A stretch of DNA of 64,000 bases from Sphingomonadales bacterium UBA2369 (GCA_002344055.1 DDTH01000007.1:30415-94414), one strand, 5' to 3'; positions 45,998 to 55,753 are shown, numbered from the stretch's first letter. The notes: generated from the letters alone by a model not told the origin. Program-made: numbers and translations.

Positions 45998-47038
45998 TTA
46001 GGCGTTTGCGGAAGCCGCCTTCTTCGCCTCGCTGAATCCCACCAGCCGGCGCGTTTCCTCGCACCACAATTTCAGCCGAACGGCGCTGAGGCTCTGCCAC
46101 AGTGTCAGCCGGCTGACCTGATGCAATTCCGGCCGGGCGCGCAGCACCTTCGGCAGATTGTAAAAGGGTATGCGGCTGGAGAGGTGGTGCACATGGTGCA
46201 TGCCGATATTCGCGCTGATCCAGCGCAGCGGCTGGGGCAAAGCATAGTGGGAACTGCCGTGCAGCGCCGATTGGTGGAAATTCCAATCCTCGTCGCGGTC
46301 CCACACCGCACCTTCGAACTGGTGCTGAACGTAGAACAGCCAGACGCCTGCGGTCGCGGCAACGATGAGCACCGGCAAATATAGCAAGACGAACACCATC
46401 CAGCCCAGGAACACGATCATCAATGCAATCGCGCCGCCAATGAACACATTGGTGCTCATGGTGCTGGCCCATGGCTTCCAGCCCTTGCGCATCAGGCCGA
46501 GCGGCAGGCGGAACTGGAACAGAAACAGGAAGGCCGGGCCGAAACCGAACAGAATCAGCGGGTTGCGGTACAGGCGGTAGGCCAGCCGCTTACGCAGCGG
46601 CAGGGCGCGATATTCGTTCAGCGTCAGCGTCGCGACATCGCCCATCCCGCGCTTGTCGAGATTGCCGGTGGTGGCGTGATGCAGCGCATGCGAGCGCTTG
46701 AAATAATCGTAAGGCGTGAAGGTGAAGATGCCGATCACCCGGCCCACCCAATCGTTCGCGGCACGGCTGCGGAAGAACGAGCCGTGACCGCAATCATGCT
46801 GGATCATGAAGAGCCGGACCAGCAATGCCCCGGCGGGCACACACAGCACGATCGCCGTCCAAAAGCCGATCGCGAACAGCACCCACATGCCGAACAGCAG
46901 GCCGAGGAACGGGATCGCCGTCACCGCCAGTTCGAACAGGCTCCGGCCGGTGGAGGAACGCGCGAAAGCCGCGATCTCCCGGTGCAGGGCGCGCGGGTCC
47001 ATCGGCGCGGGCAAGCCGGCCGGGCTGTCTGTCGTCAT
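45998..47038 (-). CDS. Membrane fatty acid desaturase
   Basis: His boxes QHDCGH, HALHH, HHVHH. Confidence 0.92.
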   Translation of the reverse strand: MTTDSPAGLPAPMDPRALHREIAAFARSSTGRSLFELAVTAIPFLGLLFGMWVLFAIGFWTAIVLCVPAGALLVRLFMIQHDCGHGSFFRSRAANDWVGRVIGIFTFTPYDYFKRSHALHHATTGNLDKRGMGDVATLTLNEYRALPLRKRLAYRLYRNPLILFGFGPAFLFLFQFRLPLGLMRKGWKPWASTMSTNVFIGGAIALMIVFLGWMVFVLLYLPVLIVAATAGVWLFYVQHQFEGAVWDRDEDWNFHQSALHGSSHYALPQPLRWISANIGMHHVHHLSSRIPFYNLPKVLRARPELHQVSRLTLWQSLSAVRLKLWCEETRRLVGFSEAKKAASANA

Positions 47039-47048
47039 CGAGGCGTGC

Positions 47049-47270
47049 TTATTCGGCGGCCATGACCGGCATCGACGCCGCCGCCGCTGCCGCCTTCATC
47101 CGTTCGGTCTGCTCGCGGCTCTGCTCGTGCCGCTCGGCCCGCTCGGCCATTTGCGTCCATGCCTCAGCGGAGCGCAGGCAGCGTTCGCGGACATTGGCCA
47201 GCGCCGCGGCTTGCGCCTGCGCTTCCATGGCCCGGGCCTGGGTACGAAAAAACTCCGCCTGATTGCTCAT
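47049..47270 (-). CDS. Small conserved hypothetical helical protein
   Basis: LANVRERCLRSAEAWTQMAERAER pattern; clean ORF. Confidence 0.65.
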   Translation of the reverse strand: MSNQAEFFRTQARAMEAQAQAAALANVRERCLRSAEAWTQMAERAERHEQSREQTERMKAAAAAASMPVMAAE

Positions 47271-47518
47271 CTAATGATTTCCATGGGCGCGGGGGCCGGT
47301 GGTGCAAGCGGGAGCGCGCCGAAGGATCGGAGGTCTCTCAGCCGCCGGCATGCTCAGCTGGAAAGGAGCCGACGATGACTCGGATATAGGCCCGCGCGCG
47401 CAAAATAACCAGCATGACCGCGGCGGAGGCGGATGCGGCCGCGGATCGGCCTTAAAGGACTGCTTACCAATCGCCGTTATGGTCGCGGCCAATTCCGGCT
47501 GTTCCCATGGAGTGACGC

Positions 47519-47902
47519 GTGCGCATCGCCATCCTTTTCGCGCCTTTGGCCCTGACCGCGTGCGGACTCGTGCAGAGCGAGCCCGAGGTCGAATATACCG
47601 AGACCAAGGGCCGCGTCGTGACCGTCAAGGATCAGTGCGAACTCGCCTTCCCGGACGGCAAGGGCGGCTCGGTCGGGCCGTGCAACGAAATCCTGCCCCG
47701 CTCCCGCGCGCAGGAGAATCGGGCCGCGACCGTCTATCGCAAGCTGGAGGTCACCTACGCCTACACCTCTCCCGCCGATGGCCAGATCTACCAGGGCAAG
47801 AATGACGTGCAGCAGCCCTTGTCGTCGCACGTGCCCCGGCCGGGCGAAAGCGTGGATGTCGAGGCGCACCCGCAGCACGCCATGGTCAGCCGCCTGCGCT
47901 AG
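47519..47902 (+). CDS. Hypothetical lipoprotein
   Basis: Lipobox LTACG; GTG start after GGAG. Confidence 0.65.
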   Translation: MRIAILFAPLALTACGLVQSEPEVEYTETKGRVVTVKDQCELAFPDGKGGSVGPCNEILPRSRAQENRAATVYRKLEVTYAYTSPADGQIYQGKNDVQQPLSSHVPRPGESVDVEAHPQHAMVSRLR

Positions 47903-47994
47903 GTCTCCCGCAGGATCCATTGCGCTGATTCTCAACAATTATGAGCCTAACGGTTTCCTAAGTTTTGGTCCGTAATGGTCGCGTCGAGAAAACC

Positions 47995-50358
47995 ATGAGC
48001 GACCGCAGTCTCCCCGAGATCAACTGGCGCGTGGTGTTCAACCGCGCCGCCCCGCCGGGCCTCCGGCACTGGGGACGGGTTCGTGCTGCCCAGCTGAAAG
48101 CGCTCGGCCCGGCGCTCGTGATCGCGGGCTGCGGCCTGCTCGTGAACACCCTCTTCACCGTCTATGTCCTGTGGGGCAGCGTCCCGGTCACGAAGCTGGC
48201 CGCCTGGGTGCTGGTGCTGGCGGCGGCCACCTTGTTCGTCACCTATCAGACGCGCCGCCTCGGCAAGCGGGAATTCCACGCCGTCGGCCGCAAGGCGATC
48301 GACCGGGTGGCGCTCTACAGCCTCATGTTCGGCTGCGTCTGGGTCATGCCGATCCGTTACTTCTTCGGTCAGGCCGGACCGTCGGAGCAGGTGGCCATCG
48401 GCGTCATGGCGGCGGTCATGATGGCGGGCGCAGGCTTCGTCTTCGCCTCCATCCCGGCCGCATCGGTCGGCTTCATCACGGTTACCGGCGTCACCATCAC
48501 GCACATGCTGAACGCACAGGATTCGGGCGTCATCTTCCTGATCGGCCCGGTCTACATGATGGCGATGTTCGGGTTCGTCTTTGTCAACGGCCGCGCCTTC
48601 ATGCAGCGCACCTGGCTGGACATCGAACTGGAGCAGAAGAGCGAGACGGTCAGCCTGCTGCTGCGCGAATATGAGGCGAGCGACGCCGACTGGCTGTGGC
48701 GCACCAATGGCGGCCTGACCTTCGAGAAGGTGTCGCAGCGCACCGCCCGCGCGCTCGGCCGCACGCCGGAGGGGCTGGCGCGCATGACCCTGCGCGAGTT
48801 GCTGACCGAAAGCCGCAAGGCCGACCAGACCACGCGCCGCGCGATCGCCGCCGCTCTGGCCTGCGTGAACCGGCGCGAGGCCTTTTCGGAGCTGCTGCTG
48901 CCGATCGAGATCAATGGCGAGGAGCGGATCATCGAGCTGTCGGCGCGGCCGCGCTCCAGCCCGCAGGGACGCTTCGTCGGCTATGAAGGCGTCGGGTCGG
49001 ACGTGACGGAGGCGCGCCGCGCCGCGGCCCGCATCACCCACATGGCGCATCACGACGCGCTGACCGGGCTGCCCAACCGCCTGCACGTGCTGGAAAGCCT
49101 CGAGGCGGCGCTCGCTGAGGCACCCAAGCGCGGCGACCGGCCGGCGATCATCCTGATCGATCTGGATCGCTTCAAATCGATCAACGACACGCTCGGCCAT
49201 GTCGCCGGCGACCATCTGCTGAGCGAAGTCGCGCGCTGCCTGGAAAACATCATTTCCGACGAGATGACCGCCGGCCGCCTGGGCGGTGACGAATTCGCCA
49301 TCGTCGTGCCTGCGGTCGAGAGCCGCGACGAACTGGAGCAGATGTGCCTGGCGCTGATCGGCGCGCTGCACGGCCCCTTCCACTATCACGATCAGCGCCT
49401 CGTGGTCGGCGCCAGCATCGGTGTCGCGATCGGGCCGCGCGATGGCGATACGGTCGAGGAACTGGTCCGCAACGCCGATCTGGCGCTGTACAAAGCCAAG
49501 GCCGGCGCGGGGAACGAGACCTGTTTCTACGACCCCGCGATGCACGAATTGTCGGAGGAGCGCCGCCGCATCGAACTGGCGCTGCGCGACGCGCCGGAGG
49601 CCGGCCAGCTGTCGCTCAACTATCAGCCGCTGGTGAACACCCAGACTGGCCAGATCGAGAGTTTCGAGGCTCTGCTGCGCTGGAACCATCCGGAGCTGGG
49701 CCAGGTCTCGCCCGCCAAATTCATTCCGATCGCCGAGGATACCGGCATGCTCGGCAAGATCGGCGAATGGGTGTTGCGGACGGCCTGCAAGGAGGCCGCG
49801 AACTGGCCGGCCCATGTCGGCGTCGCCGTCAACGTCTCCCCGCGACAGGTACAGGATGCGGGCTTCCTGGTCACCTTGATGTCGGCGCTCACGCAGGCCG
49901 GGCTTGAGCCGCGACGGCTCGAACTGGAAGTCACCGAAAGCGTCTTCCTGGAACTGACCGGCAAGACGCAGAAAATGCTGCAGCAGATCCAGAGCCTGGG
50001 CGTGAAGCTGGCGATGGACGATTTCGGCACCGGCTATTCTTCGCTCGGCTATCTGCGCCGCGCGGAATTCGACACACTGAAGATCGACCAGAGCTTCGTG
50101 CAGGCGGTGCGCGAGGACGATCCGGAAAGTACCGCTATCGTCCGCGCCGTCGTCGCACTCGCCGGCAGCCTCGGCATGAAGACGGTCGCCGAAGGCGTGC
50201 AGACCGAAGAGCAATTGGCGATCGTGCGCGAACTCGGCTGCGACAAGATCCAGGGTTATATCTTCTCGCGGCCGGTCGCCGCCGGCACCGCGCGCGCCAT
50301 GCTCGGCGCCGGCCTGACGCCTGATTCCGGCGCCGAACGCTCCGCCGCCGCGGCCTGA
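47995..50358 (+). CDS. Membrane-bound diguanylate cyclase/phosphodiesterase (TM sensor, PAS-like, GGDEF, EAL)
   Basis: About five TM helices; HDALTGLPNR, DLDRFKSIND, RLGGDEF; FEALLRW, DDFGTGYSSL, VAEGVQT, IQGY. Confidence 0.93.
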   Translation: MSDRSLPEINWRVVFNRAAPPGLRHWGRVRAAQLKALGPALVIAGCGLLVNTLFTVYVLWGSVPVTKLAAWVLVLAAATLFVTYQTRRLGKREFHAVGRKAIDRVALYSLMFGCVWVMPIRYFFGQAGPSEQVAIGVMAAVMMAGAGFVFASIPAASVGFITVTGVTITHMLNAQDSGVIFLIGPVYMMAMFGFVFVNGRAFMQRTWLDIELEQKSETVSLLLREYEASDADWLWRTNGGLTFEKVSQRTARALGRTPEGLARMTLRELLTESRKADQTTRRAIAAALACVNRREAFSELLLPIEINGEERIIELSARPRSSPQGRFVGYEGVGSDVTEARRAAARITHMAHHDALTGLPNRLHVLESLEAALAEAPKRGDRPAIILIDLDRFKSINDTLGHVAGDHLLSEVARCLENIISDEMTAGRLGGDEFAIVVPAVESRDELEQMCLALIGALHGPFHYHDQRLVVGASIGVAIGPRDGDTVEELVRNADLALYKAKAGAGNETCFYDPAMHELSEERRRIELALRDAPEAGQLSLNYQPLVNTQTGQIESFEALLRWNHPELGQVSPAKFIPIAEDTGMLGKIGEWVLRTACKEAANWPAHVGVAVNVSPRQVQDAGFLVTLMSALTQAGLEPRRLELEVTESVFLELTGKTQKMLQQIQSLGVKLAMDDFGTGYSSLGYLRRAEFDTLKIDQSFVQAVREDDPESTAIVRAVVALAGSLGMKTVAEGVQTEEQLAIVRELGCDKIQGYIFSRPVAAGTARAMLGAGLTPDSGAERSAAAA

Positions 50359-50363
50359 CCCGC

Positions 50364-50392
50364 TTGCGAAGCGGCCGATGCGGGGCTATCTG
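50364..50392 (+). promoter_or_regulatory. Putative sigma70 promoter of tRNA-Trp
   Basis: TTGCGA-N17-TATCTG, 13 nt before the tRNA. Confidence 0.55.
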
Positions 50393-50405
50393 CCCGCTCC
50401 GGCCT

Positions 50406-50483
50406 AGGAGTGTAGCTCAGTTTGGTTAGAGCATCGGTCTCCAAAACCGAGGGTCGTGGGTTCGAATCCCTCCACTCCTGCCA
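50406..50483 (+). tRNA. tRNA-Trp (anticodon CCA), CCA end encoded
   Basis: AGGAGTG/CACTCCT acceptor stem, loop CTCCAAA, T arm GTGGGTTCGAATCCCTC; upstream of secE as is typical. Confidence 0.98.
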
Positions 50484-50612
50484 GGCCCGAGCCAGCGGCG
50501 CAGCCGCGATGGCCGCGGGCCAGGCGAACGGCCGGCCAGCGGGTCGGCTTTAGCCGAACCCGTCTGACGTCACGGATTTACTCCGTGACGGCCCGCCCGG
50601 GCCCCTTCCATC

Positions 50613-50641
50613 TTGCACCCATTGCGCAGCGGCGCTATCTC
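50613..50641 (+). promoter_or_regulatory. Putative sigma70 promoter of secE-nusG
   Basis: TTGCAC-N17-TATCTC. Confidence 0.55.
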
Positions 50642-50736
50642 CCCCACTTCCGCTGACATCGGAAAGCTACAAAGACCGGCCCGCCGGTCGAGAGCGGCTG
50701 CCCGAAAGTCCGTTATGATCGCGAAGGAACAGGCAA

Positions 50737-50934
50737 GTGGCCCGCACGTCCCCCGGTGAATATTTCCGCCAGGTCCGCGCCGAAACCGCCAAGGTGGTGT
50801 GGCCGACCCGCAAGGAGACGATGATGACCGCCGTCATGGTGGTGATCATGACCACGCTGCTCGGCATCTTCTTCTTCGCCGTCGACAGCGCGTTCAGCGC
50901 GCTCGTCAAATTCCTGCTCAGCTTCCTCGGTTAA
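50737..50934 (+). CDS. secE: Preprotein translocase subunit SecE
   Basis: FRQVRAETAKVVWPTRKE, one TM helix, FFFAVD. Confidence 0.96.
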   Translation: MARTSPGEYFRQVRAETAKVVWPTRKETMMTAVMVVIMTTLLGIFFFAVDSAFSALVKFLLSFLG

Positions 50935-50951
50935 AGGGTCCGACCGCAGCC

Positions 50952-51491
50952 ATGTCCCGCTGGTATATCATCCACGCTTATTCCGGTTTCGAGAACAAGG
51001 TCCGCGATTCGATCGAGGCCGAAGCCGCGCGCATGGGCCTGACGCCGCTCGTCGAGCAGGTCGAGGTTCCGACCGAAAAGGTGACTGAAGTCCGCCGCGG
51101 CAAGAAGGTGACGTCCGATCGTAAGTTCTTCCCGGGCTATGTGCTCGCGAAGCTCAACATGAATGACGACGTCTATCATTTGATCAAGAACACGCCGAAG
51201 GTCACCGGCTTCCTGGGCAGCATGGGCAAGCCGCAGGCGATCAGCGACGCCGAGGCCGCACGCATCCTGAACACCAAGGATGAAGCCGCCGCCGCCGCGC
51301 CGAAGGCCCGGATCAAGGTGGATTACGAGATTGGCGATCAGGTGAAGGTGCTCGAAGGCCCGTTCGCCAGCTTCAACGGCGTCGTCGAGGAACTCGATTT
51401 CGACCGCAGCCGCGTGAAGGTGTCGGTCTCGATCTTCGGCCGCGCCACGCCGGTCGAACTGGAATTCGAGCAGGTCGAACGAATGAAGTAA
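50952..51491 (+). CDS. nusG: Transcription termination/antitermination factor NusG
   Basis: WYIIHAYSGFENKV, FFPGYVL, TPKVTGFLG, GPFASFNG, VSIFGRATPVEL. Confidence 0.98.
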   Translation: MSRWYIIHAYSGFENKVRDSIEAEAARMGLTPLVEQVEVPTEKVTEVRRGKKVTSDRKFFPGYVLAKLNMNDDVYHLIKNTPKVTGFLGSMGKPQAISDAEAARILNTKDEAAAAAPKARIKVDYEIGDQVKVLEGPFASFNGVVEELDFDRSRVKVSVSIFGRATPVELEFEQVERMK

Positions 51492-51579
51492 GCCGGAGCG
51501 CCCAAGCGCGGCGAGCAGGCAGCAAAGCGACTGCGAGCAGCGCGAAATGCGCACGACCGGCTGGACGCCCGCTTGCCTA

Positions 51580-51981
51580 TTAGGCGGCGCCCAGACCCCG
51601 CCCCTTCGCGAAGTCGATCCCCAGAGTCAGGCTCTCGGCGATCCGCGCGGCCTTGTCCTGCAGGGCGGCGGCGCTCGCGGCGTCGAACAATTCGTCCGTC
51701 GTCTCCCGCCACAGGCCGAGCCATCGCTGGAACGAGGCGGCATCGATCCGGTCGGCATGCTTCACATGGGCGGGCAGCGGTCGGCCCTTGTAACGCCCGC
51801 TGGTCAGCATCACCGACGACCAGAAGGCCTGCAGCCGCTCCAGATGCTCGGGGCAGTCGTCGATCGCATCGTTGAACACCGGCCCGATCTTCGGATCCTG
51901 CCGGACGCGCGAATAAAACAGGTTCACAAGCGCCGCCAGCCGCTCCTCCGTGATGCCTTTGCACGCCTCGGTCTCGCCCAT
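51580..51981 (-). CDS. Group III truncated haemoglobin
   Basis: LFYSRVRQDPKIGPVF, HLERLQAFWSSVML.SGRYKGRP..H, FQRWLGLW. Confidence 0.9.
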   Translation of the reverse strand: MGETEACKGITEERLAALVNLFYSRVRQDPKIGPVFNDAIDDCPEHLERLQAFWSSVMLTSGRYKGRPLPAHVKHADRIDAASFQRWLGLWRETTDELFDAASAAALQDKAARIAESLTLGIDFAKGRGLGAA

Positions 51982-52027
51982 GCGACGGATATGGGGAGCG
52001 ATGGCTCGCGCGTCCACGCCGCGGGAC

Positions 52028-53050
52028 TCAGGACCCCGCGAACAGCCTTGCCCTCGCCGGATCGATCCGGACGAAGCCGCGCCCGATCGGCGGCGCTCCG
52101 CCCGCATGGCGCAGCGACGCCGTCGCGCCTTCGGCTTCCACAATGATTTCGCTGAAGCCACCGCCAAGCCGCGCCGCCGTGACCGTCACCGGCGCGCCCG
52201 CTTCCGCCAACGCCAGCGCTTCGGGCCGCAGCATCAGCCGGGCCGCGCCATCGGGCAGATCGGCGGGGAGCGAACCGAACGGCGTCTCCGCTACTCCACC
52301 CCTCACCACCGCCGGAACCACGCTGACCTGTCCCAACAGCCGCGCCGCCTCGATCGAGACCGGGCGGGCGTAGCATTCCGCCGGCGTCCCCGCCTGCAGC
52401 ACCCGGCCGTCGCGCATCAGCGCCAGTGCGTCCGCCATCAGCATGGCTTCTTCCGGATCGTGGGTGACGATCAGCACCGCCGCGCGCGTCTCCGCCAATC
52501 CGTCCAGCACCTGCCGCCGTACTTCCGCGCGCAGATCGCCGTCGAGGCCGGAGAAAGGCTCGTCCAGCAGCAGCACCGCCGGGTCGCGCGCCAGCGCCCG
52601 GGCGATCGCCACGCGCTGCTGCTCGCCGCCCGACAAGGTGTGCGGCCAGGCTTTGGCGCGGTGGCTCAGCCGGAAACGTTCCAGCAGAGCCGCGACCCGC
52701 TCCGCCCGCTCGGCCCTGGCCAGATGCGCGATGCCGAAGCCGACATTCGCGGTCACGTCGAGATGCGGAAACAGGGCAAAGTCCTGAAACACCAGGCCGA
52801 TGTCGCGTTGCTCCGGCGGCACATGGCCAGCTGCGCTCGACAGCAAAGCGCCCGCCATCGCGATCTCGCCCGCATCCGCGGGTTCCAGTCCGGCGATCAG
52901 CCGCAGCAAAGTGCTCTTGCCGCAGCCCGAAGGGCCGAGCAGGCAGGTGATCCGCCCCGGCGCCAGCGCCAGCGACACGTCGTCCAGCGCGACATGGCGG
53001 CTATAGCTCTTGCCCGCATGGGCGATGGTCAGGATCGGGGCGTCGCTCAT
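52028..53050 (-). CDS. Fe(III) ABC transporter ATP-binding subunit (FbpC-like)
   Basis: GPSGCGKST, VFQDFALFPH, LSGGEQQRVA, LLLDEPFS, VTHD. Confidence 0.9.
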   Translation of the reverse strand: MSDAPILTIAHAGKSYSRHVALDDVSLALAPGRITCLLGPSGCGKSTLLRLIAGLEPADAGEIAMAGALLSSAAGHVPPEQRDIGLVFQDFALFPHLDVTANVGFGIAHLARAERAERVAALLERFRLSHRAKAWPHTLSGGEQQRVAIARALARDPAVLLLDEPFSGLDGDLRAEVRRQVLDGLAETRAAVLIVTHDPEEAMLMADALALMRDGRVLQAGTPAECYARPVSIEAARLLGQVSVVPAVVRGGVAETPFGSLPADLPDGAARLMLRPEALALAEAGAPVTVTAARLGGGFSEIIVEAEGATASLRHAGGAPPIGRGFVRIDPARARLFAGS

Positions 53051-53057
53051 CTGCTCC

Positions 53058-54587
53058 TCATGCCGCGCCCGGCCGCGAACGCGCAATCTTGCGGGTCAGC
53101 CAGATCACAGCCGGCAGCGCCAGCGCGATGATCAACAGGCTCGGCCAGCCCGCCTGCTCCAGCCTTTCGTCCAGCGCATAATTGCTCGCGATCACCGCGA
53201 GCGTATCGAAATTGAACGGCCGCAGGATCAGGGTCGCGGGCAATTCCTTCAAGATGTCGATGAACACCAGCAGACCGGCGGTCAGCAGCGCCCCGCGCGC
53301 GATCGGCAATTGCACGTGCCAGGCCGTCGAAACCGGCCCGCGCCCGAGGCTGCGGCTGGCCCAGATCATGTTCGGCGTCACCTTGGCGAGGCCGGCATCG
53401 ACCGGCTCCAGCGCCGCCGCCATCAACCGCGCCGCGTAGGCATAAAGCAGCAGCCCGATCGCCACGGCAAAGCCCGTCGCCCCCGGCACGATCCGCCAGA
53501 TCAGGGCGGCGGGCGCGAGCAGACCGATCGCCATCACCGCGCCCGGCGTCGCATAGCCCAGGCTCGCCACCCGGGCCGCCAGCGGCAGCTTGGCCGCGCC
53601 CAGCGCCAGCGCGGTCGCCAGCGCGACGGTGATCGCCGCCCCCGCCACGCTGAGGATCAGACTATGCTCCGCCGCGTCGAACAGGCGCACCCAGTCCGGC
53701 GACACATTCAGCCCGTTCCAGGCCAGCCAGAAGCAGGGAAGCAACAGGCCAAGGGTCAGCAGGAGCAGACAGAAGGTGACGGCCAGGACCGCCTTGACCC
53801 CCGTCAGCCGCGTCACCGGCAGCTCCCGCCAGCGGGCGCGATTGGCCTCATAGCCCCTGCCGCGCCGCCCGGCCCGCTCGATCCACAGCAGCAACGCCGC
53901 CGCGCCGAGCAAGGGCAAAGCGAATTGCGCCGCCGAGGCGGTCGAGCCGTAGACCGACCAGGCCCGCACCACGCCGGTGGTCAGCGTTTGCACGGACAGG
54001 AACTGGACCGCGCCATAATCGGCGAGCGTTTCCATGATCGCCAGCGCCGCGCCCGCCGCCAGCGCCGGCCGCGCCAGCGGCAGGGCCGCGCGCAGGAAGG
54101 CCCGCCGCTGCGAGCAGCCAAGCGTTCGCGCCGCCTCCAGCGCCGTCACCGACTGGTTGAGGAAAGCCGCCCGCATGGCGAGATAGACATAGGGGTAGAA
54201 AGCGCAGGACAGGACGAAGGCGGCGCCCGAAATGGTCCGCATCTCGAACGGCATGTCGAAGCCCAGCGTGCCGCGCATCCAGATGCGCAAGCCGCCCGCC
54301 ACGTCGAACAGATCGCCATAGGCATAAGCCAAAGCGAAGGCCGGGGCGGCGAGCGGCAAAGCCAGCGCCCAGGCGAAAATGTCGCGCCCCGGAAAGCGAT
54401 GCATCACCACCAGCCAGGCGGCGAGCGTACCGGCGATCGCGGTGATGACGCCGACCAGCAAGGCCAGCCCCGCCGAGGTCAGCGCGTAGCGGCCCACGTC
54501 CGCCGCCGCGATGTCAGCGGTGGCGCCGGAAAAGGCCGCGGCGACGATCCCGGCCAGCGGCAAGGCCGCCGCGATCGCCGCCAGCAA
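53058..54587 (-). CDS. Fe(III) ABC transporter permease (FbpB-like); true start probably further upstream
   Basis: FPGR, YPYVYL, ARTLG, METLADYG, KELPATLILRP, YALDERL. Confidence 0.9.
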   Translation of the reverse strand: MLAAIAAALPLAGIVAAAFSGATADIAAADVGRYALTSAGLALLVGVITAIAGTLAAWLVVMHRFPGRDIFAWALALPLAAPAFALAYAYGDLFDVAGGLRIWMRGTLGFDMPFEMRTISGAAFVLSCAFYPYVYLAMRAAFLNQSVTALEAARTLGCSQRRAFLRAALPLARPALAAGAALAIMETLADYGAVQFLSVQTLTTGVVRAWSVYGSTASAAQFALPLLGAAALLLWIERAGRRGRGYEANRARWRELPVTRLTGVKAVLAVTFCLLLLTLGLLLPCFWLAWNGLNVSPDWVRLFDAAEHSLILSVAGAAITVALATALALGAAKLPLAARVASLGYATPGAVMAIGLLAPAALIWRIVPGATGFAVAIGLLLYAYAARLMAAALEPVDAGLAKVTPNMIWASRSLGRGPVSTAWHVQLPIARGALLTAGLLVFIDILKELPATLILRPFNFDTLAVIASNYALDERLEQAGWPSLLIIALALPAVIWLTRKIARSRPGAA

Positions 54588-54611
54588 GGCCAGCCATTGC
54601 AGGAGTCCAAA

Positions 54612-54646
54612 GGACCGCCGCCGGGGGACTGATCCGGCGGCGGTCC
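54612..54646 (-). terminator. 13-bp hairpin between fbpA-like and fbpB-like genes (weak terminator or mRNA stabiliser)
   Basis: GGACCGCCGCCGG-N9-CCGGCGGCGGTCC, followed by TTT on the minus strand. Confidence 0.55.
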
Positions 54647-54661
54647 AGGCGGGAACTTTAT

Positions 54662-55723
54662 TTATCGCCAGCCGACCCGGCTCATCAGCGACTGCGCCTC
54701 AGGCTGCCGGGCCGCGAAGGCCGCGACCGGCATCGGATGCGCGGTGAAATTGGCATGCGCCGCCACGGGATCCGGCGCGGGCACGTTGGGCGAGGCAGGA
54801 TATTCGTTGTTCAGCCGCGAAATGCGCGTCTGCCCATCCGCCGAGGCGAGGAATTCCAGCAGCCGCACCGCATTGTCCCGGTGCGGAGCCCGCGCCATCA
54901 CGCCACCGGCGGCGACGTTCACATGGGCGCCCTGCCCGTCCAGGCTCGGGAACGCCAATTTGACCCGCTCGGTCACCGCGCGGTCGTCCGCATTGTCGCC
55001 ATTGGCCATGCGGATATAATAATAGGAATTAGTGATCGCGACTTCGCAGACGCCGGCGCCGACGGCGCGGATCTGGTCACGGTCGCCACCCTCGGGCGGA
55101 CGCGCCATATTGGCGACGATGCCGCGCGCCCATTCCTCGGCCCGCTGCGGCCCCCAGGCCTCGATCAGCGCGCCGAGCAGCGACAGATTGTAGACGCTGT
55201 CGGACGAGCGCACGCACAATTTGCCGCGGAAGCGCGGGCTGGCGAGCTTCTCATAAGTATCGACCTCCTCCGGGCGCACCTTGGCGCTGTCATAGGCGAC
55301 GATGCGCGCGCGGCGCACGAAGCCGAACCAGCGATTCTCCGGATCGCGATACTGGGCAGGGATGGCCGTGTTCAGCGCTTCCGACTGGGTCGGCTGGAAC
55401 AGATTGGCCTGCTGCGCCCGCCACATCGCGCCCGCATCGGCGGCGACGAACAGGTCGGCGGGGCTGGCCTCGCCTTCGCTCTGGATGCGCGCGACCAGCT
55501 CGTCCGGCCGGCCTTCGATCACGTTGACGCGAATCCCGGTCTCCTCGGTGAACTTCGCCAGCACTTCCTTGTCGCCGTCATAATGGCGCGCGCTGTAGAG
55601 GTTCACTTCCCCGGCGGCGCCACCGGCACCGCCCTCGGCCGACTGATTGGTCTGCGCGCCGCAGGCGGCCAGCATGGCGATGCCCGCGGCCAGGCCCAGC
55701 AAAGAACGTCGATTCATATCCAA
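54662..55723 (-). CDS. Fe(III)-binding lipoprotein (FbpA/FutA-like)
   Basis: Lipobox LAACG; VNLYSARHY, RARIVAY, YNLSL, GGDRDQIRAV, NSYYY. Confidence 0.9.
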   Translation of the reverse strand: MDMNRRSLLGLAAGIAMLAACGAQTNQSAEGGAGGAAGEVNLYSARHYDGDKEVLAKFTEETGIRVNVIEGRPDELVARIQSEGEASPADLFVAADAGAMWRAQQANLFQPTQSEALNTAIPAQYRDPENRWFGFVRRARIVAYDSAKVRPEEVDTYEKLASPRFRGKLCVRSSDSVYNLSLLGALIEAWGPQRAEEWARGIVANMARPPEGGDRDQIRAVGAGVCEVAITNSYYYIRMANGDNADDRAVTERVKLAFPSLDGQGAHVNVAAGGVMARAPHRDNAVRLLEFLASADGQTRISRLNNEYPASPNVPAPDPVAAHANFTAHPMPVAAFAARQPEAQSLMSRVGWR

Positions 55724-55753
55724 GCGTCTCCTTCGCGGATCGTCCTAGGAATA

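Noticed and set aside
47308-47389. Glycine-riboswitch-like words (CGCCGAAGGA...TCTCTCAG) followed by AAAGGAG and a 4-codon ORF MTRI
   Set aside because: P2 is missing, the closing GG of P3 is CC, and no glycine-related gene follows; the mini-ORF has no further support
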